A stretch of DNA of 64,000 bases from an uncultured bacterium (lineage in GTDB: Bacteria; Fermentibacterota; Fermentibacteria; Fermentibacterales; JCC-6), in NCBI GenBank assembly GCA_964386635.1, contig CAYLRO010000012.1, positions 1,010-65,009 of the forward strand, written 5' to 3'. Shown here one piece after another: positions 57,482 to 64,000 of this stretch; position 1 is the first letter of the stretch; every line of letters starts with the position of its first letter. The translations under genes were made by a program, and so were the position numbers. Below the pieces are notes generated by a model, which had not been told where the DNA came from, made no database searches, and worked only from the letters and a program-made list of their open reading frames with translations.

Positions 57482-58247
57482 TTCTCTTCCACTTCAAATA
57501 CAGTTTTTCAAGGTTATCAAGAACCAGAGCTGTGAGTTCTGCCCTGGAGACCATCTGTCCAGTCAGCGAAAACACTGACTCGCTGTGAGCAACTGCGTTT
57601 CTGTGGGAAATATTCAGACCAATCCCGGCAACCAGGTGGTGGATTCTGTCAATCTCTCCACAAACCTCACAGAGAACTCCCCCGATCTTTCCCCTGCCGC
57701 TCCACAGTCCGGTTTTCAGAAGAGTAAGAGGAAGAGAAGGGCACAACTCACTTACCGCTGCTGCAAGAGCTTCAAGGGCGATTCGCTCGATCTCCACAGT
57801 TCTTTCCACAGGTATTTCCGGATTGAGTATTACTGACATGTACAGGTTTTTCCCTGCGGGACTTTCCCAGGTTTTTCCATCCAGTGCTTTCCCGGCGGTC
57901 TGCGTGTCAGCTGTAACAACAGTTCCTTCTCTTGAATCTGTATAACCCAGTCTCATTGCCCGCTGGTTAGTGGAAATGATCTCTTTATGGTATTCAATGT
58001 TGTTTCCCATTACTCTGGAATTAAGCAGAGATGAAAGGACCTCAGCAGATGGTATGTCAGGTACAGACAGCAGCTGGTATCCAACTTTTGTCGAAGAGAG
58101 TATCTCAAAACCCAGATCTCTCAGACCTGCGATGTTCTTGCTTACAGCTGCTCTTGAAACACCAAGTTCCTCAGCAATCTTCTGCCCTGAGACATCACCG
58201 TCACCTGCCTTGAGAAGCCTCACAATTTCTGCTGCTGTCCTGTTCAT
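57459..58247 (-). CDS. birA: Bifunctional biotin-[acetyl-CoA-carboxylase] ligase and biotin operon repressor
   Basis: N-terminal wHTH (IAEELGVSRAAVSKNIAGLRDLGF) plus a BPL catalytic domain. Start chosen at ATG 58247 (AGGAGG SD 4 nt upstream), because the ORF-track start at 58298 lies inside the operator. Confidence 0.8.
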   Translation of the reverse strand: MNRTAAEIVRLLKAGDGDVSGQKIAEELGVSRAAVSKNIAGLRDLGFEILSSTKVGYQLLSVPDIPSAEVLSSLLNSRVMGNNIEYHKEIISTNQRAMRLGYTDSREGTVVTADTQTAGKALDGKTWESPAGKNLYMSVILNPEIPVERTVEIERIALEALAAAVSELCPSLPLTLLKTGLWSGRGKIGGVLCEVCGEIDRIHHLVAGIGLNISHRNAVAHSESVFSLTGQMVSRAELTALVLDNLEKLYLKWKRNEQIRSS

Positions 58248-58291
58248 GACCCTCCTGTGGAATCCATGAACAATGGAAAAAGAATTACGTA

Positions 58292-58321
58292 TTGTCAACC
58301 GCGAATGGTGACAGGTTTACA
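58292..58321. promoter_or_regulatory. Putative BirA operator (bioO) upstream of the birA-bio operon
   Basis: TTGTCAACC-n13-GGTTTACA: an imperfect inverted repeat resembling the TGTAAACC/GGTTTACA-type BirA box, about 45 nt upstream of the birA start. Confidence 0.5.
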
Positions 58322-58457
58322 TAACGATCCTCGGTGCAGTCGGGTTGCATATATTTAAAAACACATTCGCTTCGCTGGAAGGTGATTACATGAAAAGAGA
58401 GAATGTTTTTCCACTCTCAGGCAGTTTAAGAAACGCTAATGGTCTGCCGGGTCAAAA

Positions 58458-59246
58458 GTGAGCAGATTTCCGCAACCTCCTGATTCAATCGCTGTAAATT
58501 ATTCTGACTGGAAGTGGGAGAAAGCCTGGGACTGGCTTCCTCTTTCGATAACCTGGCGTCTCACATGCCCCACGGGAGAGGTGAGATACCTGAAGCTGGC
58601 CATTCCGGAGCACTTCCCCTCTCTTCAGGACGAAGCTTTAAGAATGCGCTGGGCAGGAGAGTATCTTCCTGTACCTCAGGTGCTTGATTCAGGATATGAT
58701 GGCAGAGTGCGGTGGCTTCTTACAAAGGGTCTTCCCGGTCTTGATGCCACAGATCCATTCTGGAAGAAAGACCCTGAAAGACTGGTGAGTGCTCTTGCAG
58801 GCGGTCTTAAAACCTTTCACAAGGCACCTGTAAAAGAGTGTCCTTTCGATTTCACACTGGACAGAGCCATTGCACTTGTAAGAAAACGGGCTGAAAAAGG
58901 GCTGATAAACAGGGAAACAGATCTCCATGAAGAGTTTTCTCATCTGACTGTTCATGAAGCAGTATCTCTTCTTGAAAGGACGAGACCCTCTTCAGAAATT
59001 CTTACTGTCTGCCACGGGGACTATTGCCTGCCTAACATTCTTCTGGAGAACTGGAAGCCCACAGGCTTCATTGATCTGGGAGAGCTGGGAGTTGCTGACA
59101 GGTGGTGGGACATTGCAGTTGCCTCCTGGAGCGTTACCTGGAATCTGGGGCCCGGGCTTGAAGATCTGTTTTACAGAGAGTACTGTATCGAACCTGATCC
59201 TGCAAGAATTAATTTTTACAGACTGCTGTATGACTTGTCATCCTGA
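58458..59246 (+). CDS. Aminoglycoside 3'-phosphotransferase-like kinase (APH(3') family)
   Basis: Catalytic HGDYCLPNIL (HGDxxxxN), IDLGELGVADRWWDIAVA (DxG...DR) and C-terminal INFYRLLYDL, closely paralleling APH(3') enzymes; 262 aa. Confidence 0.7.
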   Translation: MSRFPQPPDSIAVNYSDWKWEKAWDWLPLSITWRLTCPTGEVRYLKLAIPEHFPSLQDEALRMRWAGEYLPVPQVLDSGYDGRVRWLLTKGLPGLDATDPFWKKDPERLVSALAGGLKTFHKAPVKECPFDFTLDRAIALVRKRAEKGLINRETDLHEEFSHLTVHEAVSLLERTRPSSEILTVCHGDYCLPNILLENWKPTGFIDLGELGVADRWWDIAVASWSVTWNLGPGLEDLFYREYCIEPDPARINFYRLLYDLSS

Positions 59247-59270
59247 CTGGAACATTGTTTAGCATGGCAG

Positions 59271-59276
59271 TATAAT
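59271..59276 (+). promoter_or_regulatory. Candidate -10 element (TATAAT) for the tandem-lipoprotein/rSAM operon
   Basis: A consensus TATAAT lies 39 nt upstream of the first paralog's start, in the 68-nt gap after the APH gene. The -35 is weak. Confidence 0.3.
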
Positions 59277-59314
59277 AGTCTACGGAGCTTTATCAATATT
59301 CTGTAAGAGGTGCT

Positions 59315-59770
59315 ATGTCTGTTTTCATTTTCAGAACCAGGAAGAGTCTTCTCAGGTTTCATGCACAGGCAGTTGCTTCACTCCTTGGCATTGCCGGTGT
59401 TCTTTCAACTGCATGCGATACCTTTTCAGCAGTACCTGCTTACGGTCCTCCCGGGGTTTCTCTTACTCTTACAGGAAGTGTCCTCTCAGCTGCAGACAGT
59501 TCCACGATACCTGATATATATCTTAAAGCTCTCAGCCCTGATTCCAGCATATCGTACTTCGAGAACTTTTCCGTCAGTGACGGCAGTTATTATCTGTACC
59601 TGGAAACCTGGGATGAGGTGTGGCCGGATACCATTCGAATTGTTTCGCAGGATGTGGATGGTTCTGAAAACGGATCTTTCCTCAGTGCAGATACTCTGGT
59701 TTTTCCTCCTCAGGTGAATGAAGAGGCACAAATAGAAACAGACATATTTATGGAACCGGAGGAAGAGTAG
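59315..59770 (+). CDS. Small lipoprotein, paralog 1 of 4 (beta-sandwich/CarboxypepD_reg-like domain, acidic C-terminus)
   Basis: Basic N-terminus plus hydrophobic core ending in a Cys (LGIAGVLSTAC). Shares YGPP, V.S.DSS, SDG.YY, WPD.L.I...D.DG..NG and a C-terminal EPEEE with the next three ORFs. Confidence 0.45.
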   Translation: MSVFIFRTRKSLLRFHAQAVASLLGIAGVLSTACDTFSAVPAYGPPGVSLTLTGSVLSAADSSTIPDIYLKALSPDSSISYFENFSVSDGSYYLYLETWDEVWPDTIRIVSQDVDGSENGSFLSADTLVFPPQVNEEAQIETDIFMEPEEE

Positions 59771-60225
59771 TGGCTGCAGTCTTTTCAGCGAGAAGAAAAC
59801 TGATAAGGTACTGCAGTAAGGCACTTGGATACACTCTGGGGCTGCTGGGGGTTATTACCGGCTCCAGCTGCTTACCGCCCTTGAATTACAGTGTTCCGGA
59901 CAATTTCAACCTTACTGTTCAGGGGAAGGTCATGTCAGCTGAGGACAGTACCGGTATCAAGGAAATCCATCTTTTTCTCGCGAATACAGATTCATCAGAT
60001 TGCTTCAGTGGTTCCCAGACAGACAGCGAGGGGAATTACATTATTGGTATGGGCAGCAGCGGAGAGATATACTGGCCCGACACACTTCTTCTCATTGCAG
60101 ACGACATGGATGGAGGCTGGCACGGAGACTTTCAGGATGCCGATACCATAATCTTTGCTCCCTACATAGGAACCAGCACCATGTTTAGCATCGACTTCTA
60201 TCTGCAGCCTGAAGAGGAGAAGTAA
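59770..60225 (+). CDS. Small lipoprotein, paralog 2 of 4
   Basis: GTG start overlapping the previous stop (TAGTG). RRKLIRY...LGLLGVITGSSC lipobox-like; same conserved blocks; ends QPEEEK. Confidence 0.45.
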   Translation: MAAVFSARRKLIRYCSKALGYTLGLLGVITGSSCLPPLNYSVPDNFNLTVQGKVMSAEDSTGIKEIHLFLANTDSSDCFSGSQTDSEGNYIIGMGSSGEIYWPDTLLLIADDMDGGWHGDFQDADTIIFAPYIGTSTMFSIDFYLQPEEEK

Positions 60226-60656
60226 TGCCGGAAGCAGTTTTTTCAGCGAGAAGAAAACTGTTCAGGTACGTTGACAGATTAACCGGATTCATCCTGGGGC
60301 TGCTGGGAGTCATCAGTGTTTCCTGCGGTATTGAGCCCGTGGCCTATGGTCCCCCGGACGGATGTTTCATAACCGGTCTGGTGAAAGATAACGGTACCGC
60401 TGTTCAGGGTATCGAGATCAATGTGCAGAGCCCTGACTCATCAATCATTTATCATTCAACAGAAACCAGCAGCGATGGTGCTTACTGGGCAGATCTGTAT
60501 GAATGGCCTGATTCTCTTCTTATTACAGCCTCGGATATAGACGGGCCTGATAACGGTTCATATCTGCCTGAGGGAAAGTATATCACAGATATCCCTGAAG
60601 AAGGTTCTCTCTACTACACTGTGGATTTCGAACTGGAACCGGACCCGTCAAAGTAA
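60225..60656 (+). CDS. Small lipoprotein, paralog 3 of 4
   Basis: TAATG overlap with paralog 2. RRKLFRY...LGLLGVISVSCG; same conserved blocks; ends EPDPSK. Confidence 0.45.
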   Translation: MPEAVFSARRKLFRYVDRLTGFILGLLGVISVSCGIEPVAYGPPDGCFITGLVKDNGTAVQGIEINVQSPDSSIIYHSTETSSDGAYWADLYEWPDSLLITASDIDGPDNGSYLPEGKYITDIPEEGSLYYTVDFELEPDPSK

Positions 60657-61088
60657 ATGGCTGAGTACATAAGGAAATCCGAACGGAACCTGATGAAGTT
60701 CTGTACAAGGGTTTTTGGAGGAATACTCTCTCTGTTCGGAGTTATCACCAGTTCCTGCGGCAGCATGCCATGCGATTACGGGGTGGAACCGGTGCATGCA
60801 GTGGTTGTTCAGGGAATGGTTAGAAGCGATACAACAGCAATTGAGGGCATCAGACTGCAGATTCTGAGTATGGATTCCAGTCAGGTTTACAGTTCCAGTC
60901 TGTCGGGTCACATGGGAAGTTACTACCTGTCAAGTGAAGAGAAGCCGGATTCCATTCTTATCACGGCAACGGATGTAGATGGAGAAGCAAACGGGCTTTA
61001 CCTTCCTGCAGAAACCTTCAGGGCAACTGATCCGGAGAAGACGGAAGAGGAGTTTGTAATTGATTTCAATCTTATTCCCGATGGATAG
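60657..61088 (+). CDS. Small lipoprotein, paralog 4 of 4
   Basis: ATG immediately after the paralog 3 stop. FGVITSSCG lipobox-like; same conserved blocks. Confidence 0.45.
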   Translation: MAEYIRKSERNLMKFCTRVFGGILSLFGVITSSCGSMPCDYGVEPVHAVVVQGMVRSDTTAIEGIRLQILSMDSSQVYSSSLSGHMGSYYLSSEEKPDSILITATDVDGEANGLYLPAETFRATDPEKTEEEFVIDFNLIPDG

Positions 61089-61091
61089 TCC

Positions 61092-62168
61092 ATGAATTCA
61101 CTCAAGCCTGGTTTAAAGAAAAGAATTCACCTTGACCTCTTCTCTCATTACAGGAAACTTCAGGCGGCAATACATGAACTGAATTACCTTTTCTGGGAGT
61201 GCACCCTCCGGTGCAACATGAACTGCGGCCACTGCGGAAGCGACTGTTTTTCATCATCAACTGTCCCTGATATGCCTGCGGAGGATTTCCTGAAAGTTCT
61301 CAGGTCCGTGAAAGAGAAAATGGATCCCGGCGGAATTACCATTGCTGTAACAGGCGGTGAACCCATCATGCGAAAAGACCTGGAGAAAGCCGGGGAGCAG
61401 ATCGCTCTCCTGGGATATCCATGGGGTATTGTGAGTAATGGATGGGCGCTGGACAGAAGAAGGCTGAATTCACTGTTGAATGCCGGGATGAAAACACTGA
61501 CTGTAAGCCTTGACGGGCTGGAGGATTCCCACGACTGGCTGCGGAAAAAAGGATCCTTTAAACGGGCTGTGAATGCTCTGTCATGTGCGGCACAGAGTTC
61601 TCTGCCTGTGTTTGACACAGTTACCTGCCTTACACAGAAGAATGTGAACCAGCTGGAACAGATCAAAGATCTTCTTATCAGTACAGGCGTTAAAAGATGG
61701 AGGATATTCAGCATCTTTCCAAAGGGAAGAGCCGAGAATCAGCAGGAGATGAAACTCACAGGCAGTCAGCTTCGCGGTGTAATGGAATTCATTAAAGAGA
61801 CCCGGAAAAAAGGAGAGATAAAAGTCAGCTACAGCTGTGACGGTTTCCTGGGGGCATATGAAAAGGAAGTCAGAGATGACTTCATGTACTGCAGAGCCGG
61901 GATAAGTGTTGCTTCTGTTCTTATTGACGGTTCAATATCCGCATGTCCCAGTCTGCGGTCGGATTTCATTCAGGGCAATATCTACAGGGATGACTTCCTG
62001 GACTGCTGGGAGAATCGTTTTCAGGTAATGAGAAAGAGAAACTGGACAAGAACCGGGATATGCGCTGACTGCAGCTACTGGAAATGGTGCAACGGCAACG
62101 GCCTGCACCTGAGAGACGAGAACACGGGAGAGCTTCTTATGTGTCAGCTTAAAATGATGGAAGATTAA
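61092..62168 (+). CDS. Radical SAM / SPASM-domain maturase (anSME / QhpD / peptide-modifying family)
   Basis: CNMNCGHC (Cx3Cx2C) radical SAM cluster, GGEP and VSLDGLEDSHDWLRKKGSF (SxDG...HD..R block of anSME-type enzymes), and a Cys-rich C-terminal SPASM region (CPSLRSD...CADCSYWKWCNGNG). Starts 3 nt after paralog 4. Confidence 0.8.
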   Translation: MNSLKPGLKKRIHLDLFSHYRKLQAAIHELNYLFWECTLRCNMNCGHCGSDCFSSSTVPDMPAEDFLKVLRSVKEKMDPGGITIAVTGGEPIMRKDLEKAGEQIALLGYPWGIVSNGWALDRRRLNSLLNAGMKTLTVSLDGLEDSHDWLRKKGSFKRAVNALSCAAQSSLPVFDTVTCLTQKNVNQLEQIKDLLISTGVKRWRIFSIFPKGRAENQQEMKLTGSQLRGVMEFIKETRKKGEIKVSYSCDGFLGAYEKEVRDDFMYCRAGISVASVLIDGSISACPSLRSDFIQGNIYRDDFLDCWENRFQVMRKRNWTRTGICADCSYWKWCNGNGLHLRDENTGELLMCQLKMMED

Positions 62169-62195
62169 GGCGGCGGAACCCGCTGTTCCGCCGCC
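62169..62195. terminator. GC-rich hairpin between the convergent rSAM and DUF2141 genes
   Basis: ggcggcggaac-ccgct-gttccgccgcc, an 11-bp stem. No clear U-tract, so it may act as a bidirectional terminator or attenuator. Confidence 0.35.
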
Positions 62196-62243
62196 ATCCT
62201 TGTGCAGGCTGGGAGTTGTACCTGCACCGGGAGGGGAACTCAG

Positions 62244-62744
62244 TTATCTGGGCGGACCGCCGCCGGAACCTCCGCGGCCTCCACCTTCGCCACCTCCAGG
62301 AGGACCTCCCTGAGGCTCTTCCATTTTTCTTACAGTGATACTTGTACTGGATACGGTGCCCTCATGGATGAAACAGATGTCCTCAAACTCAGGTCTTGAT
62401 CCCCCCTGAGACTCCATCTGAGGCAGCTCACCGGATATCCCGACGAATTCGTCTTCCATGTCAAACTGGCCGTTCTCGTTAGCATCGTGGTATGCCATTG
62501 CCACATATCTGCCTTCCGGCACTGAAGGTATTTCAAGATGAACTGCAAGGCTCTCAATGTTTGCTCTGTAGGTTAGAGCAGCTCCATCAGGATTCGGAGG
62601 GAAACCCAGTTCCTCTTCAGTGAGCAATACAACAACAGCCTGGCCAGAATTGTCTTCGAATCCTGTTACTTCCACCAGTACTGTTCCATCAATTGCGACT
62701 TCTGTGCCGGATCCCAGCAGTATCAAAAACATCAGTAAACTCAT
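62244..62744 (-). CDS. DUF2141-like secreted protein with a C-terminal Gly/Pro-rich low-complexity tail
   Basis: Start at ATG 62744 (AAAGGAG SD; MSLLMFLILLGSG signal). The conserved DUF2141 block is GRYVAMAYHDANENGQFDMEDEFVGISGE, and the tail is QGGPPGGGEGGGRGGSGGGPPR. The ORF-track start at 62828 adds an unlikely N-terminus. Confidence 0.5.
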   Translation of the reverse strand: MSLLMFLILLGSGTEVAIDGTVLVEVTGFEDNSGQAVVVLLTEEELGFPPNPDGAALTYRANIESLAVHLEIPSVPEGRYVAMAYHDANENGQFDMEDEFVGISGELPQMESQGGSRPEFEDICFIHEGTVSSTSITVRKMEEPQGGPPGGGEGGGRGGSGGGPPR

Positions 62745-62941
62745 TTCAACTCCTTTCTTCACAGCAAAGATTGCTTCCTTTCCCGTCAGAAGTGTTTCCC
62801 GCTTGTAACAGATTGTATCCTGAATCACTGGAGCTGGTTCAGATATTGCAGAACAGAATGACCTGCTTTATACTTGTTAAAGTAAGAGGAATTATGTCAG
62901 CATGCACAGTGAAAATCATAATATTCGTATGACTGGAAATA

Positions 62942-63733
62942 TTGGGGAGATTTATTATGAGGATGGTTGTCCTGTTTTCTGTATTTGCCGTTTTCACCTT
63001 GTCCTGTGAATCCAGTGTTACAGGTTCCGAAAATGAAGTTATTCAAAGCATGAAGTTTGTTGAGATCTCCCCAGGGACGTTCGAGATGGGAGCTTCGGTA
63101 GATGAAGAGGGATCCACCGCTCTTGAAAGACCTGTACACACTGTAACCATTGACTACTCATTTGAAATTATGAGCATAGAGGTTTCCCAGGGTGTATGGG
63201 AAAGTGTTATGGGCAGCAATCCTGCTGCAGGTGCTTCCCAGGGAGAAAACTATCCGGTTTATAATGTATCATGGGATGACTGCCAGGAATTCTGTAATCA
63301 GATGAACATTATGGATTCCGCATATACATACCGACTGCCTGCAGAATCCGAATGGGAGTTCTGCTGCCGGGCAACCTCGGTTACCGCTTTTTACTGGGGA
63401 AGCAGCACAAACTACATTGATAACTTTGCATGGTGCGCCTTCACTGCTGGTGGGAATCCTCACCAGGTACAGGAACTCATATCAAATCAGTGGGATCTCT
63501 TCGACATGTCCGGGAACTTGTTTGAATGGTGTCAGGACAGCTATCATTTTAACTACAATGGTGCACCTGATGATGGAAGCGCATGGATTGATGCACAAAA
63601 CGGAGACAGGATAGTTCGCGGCGGATGCTTTGAATCAACTACTGCTGCCTGCAGATCTGCTTTCCGAGAGCCAATGGATCAGAGTCAGGGGTTCGAGAGC
63701 ACAGGTTTCAGGTTAGTTCGTACTCCGAACTAG
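62942..63733 (+). CDS. FGE-sulfatase/SUMF1-family domain lipoprotein (formylglycine-generating-enzyme-like fold)
   Basis: Lipobox (VFTLSCES), then FGE-family blocks YRLPAESEWEF, RIVRGGCF, GFRLVRTP. Confidence 0.65.
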   Translation: MGRFIMRMVVLFSVFAVFTLSCESSVTGSENEVIQSMKFVEISPGTFEMGASVDEEGSTALERPVHTVTIDYSFEIMSIEVSQGVWESVMGSNPAAGASQGENYPVYNVSWDDCQEFCNQMNIMDSAYTYRLPAESEWEFCCRATSVTAFYWGSSTNYIDNFAWCAFTAGGNPHQVQELISNQWDLFDMSGNLFEWCQDSYHFNYNGAPDDGSAWIDAQNGDRIVRGGCFESTTAACRSAFREPMDQSQGFESTGFRLVRTPN

Positions 63734-63833
63734 TTATCTGTCATCACGGTTGAGCAGATCTCTTATCCTGGATCATGTCCTCTGCTATATTCTTCGCTGA
63801 TGGATGAATGAATACTGATGGAAGGCGGACGAT

Positions 63834-64000
63834 ATGTATAGCAGAGCAGCTGTTCCTCTTTTTACCGTTGCAGTTCTGATCTTAACAGGGTTTGCAGATG
63901 CTTACCCTGTGAGAGACATTCAAATACCCCTCCCTGAGGAAATGGGCCCTGATGTGCTCATCTCCGATCCCGACGTTCCCCTGTCGCCGCCTCCGGACCC
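63834..64000 (+). CDS. 5' end of a secreted protein gene running off the window
   Basis: ATG at 63834, signal-peptide-like MYSRAAVPLFTVAVLILTGFADA, then a Pro/Asp-rich open frame to the window end. Confidence 0.35.
   Translation, partial: MYSRAAVPLFTVAVLILTGFADAYPVRDIQIPLPEEMGPDVLISDPDVPLSPPPD

Noticed and set aside
59315-63733. Interpretation of the rSAM/SPASM plus FGE-like pair as a conventional anaerobic and aerobic sulfatase-maturation module
   Set aside because: No sulfatase gene and no C/S-x-P-x-R motif was found in any neighbouring protein, including the four lipoprotein paralogs, so the canonical substrate is absent from the window. This explanation was set aside rather than ruled out.
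62942-63733. FGE-like lipoprotein as a GldK/GldJ gliding-motility/T9SS component
   Set aside because: At 263 aa it is far shorter than GldK/GldJ, and no gldL/M/N neighbours are present. It is retained only as a low-probability alternative in the findings.
1-64000. Search for CRISPR arrays, tRNA/rRNA genes, transposases/integrases or prophage signatures
   Set aside because: None seen. No direct-repeat/spacer periodicity, no cloverleaf-like conserved tRNA blocks in the few intergenic gaps, and no DDE/tyrosine-recombinase motifs. The only DNA repeats are the 9-nt VPD repeat and terminator hairpins.

Overview
This 64 kb window is densely coded on both strands with almost no non-coding DNA, and reads as a chromosomal segment from a diderm (Gram-negative-type) anaerobe, probably an uncultivated lineage. 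Evidence for the envelope type: LptD/OstA-like, SurA-like, heptose-pathway and V-type pyrophosphatase genes, plus secreted proteins carrying Por/T9SS-type C-terminal sorting domains. No rRNA, tRNA, CRISPR array or obvious transposase/integrase was seen. Content from start to end: a partial EF-G-family GTPase; a translationally coupled Fe-S flavoprotein pair (sarcosine-oxidase/HcnB/HcnC-like); two gingipain-like C25 peptidases with T9SS-type C-terminal domains; an RseC-TldD-PmbA string; a thioredoxin / thioredoxin reductase / PDO cluster; envelope-biogenesis genes (WbaP-like, GT2, HU, LptD-like, ROK kinase, LpoA-like TPR-PBP lipoprotein, tandem-duplicated SurA-like PPIase, split hldE, two ArnT/PMT-like GT-C membrane proteins); hppA, nfu and rsmB; a purine-catabolic island (xdhA, xdhB, a membrane protein, xdhC, tungstate/molybdate ABC transporter tupABC, adenosine deaminase); two tandem paralogous unknown proteins divergent from the second C25 peptidase; an operon of a truncated RlmN/Cfr-like radical SAM enzyme, a flavoprotein and an isochorismatase; a complete birA-bioBFHCDA operon with a recognisable BirA operator; and an APH(3')-like aminoglycoside phosphotransferase. 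The most unusual region is 59.3-64 kb: four tightly coupled tandem paralogous small lipoproteins (about 145 aa each, beta-sandwich-like, acidic C-termini) immediately followed by a radical SAM/SPASM (anSME/QhpD-like) maturase, a DUF2141-like secreted protein with a Gly/Pro tail, and an FGE/SUMF1-like lipoprotein. I could not place this in any described system and regard it as a candidate new protein-maturation locus. All functional calls rest on motif-level recognition by eye; no database search was run.
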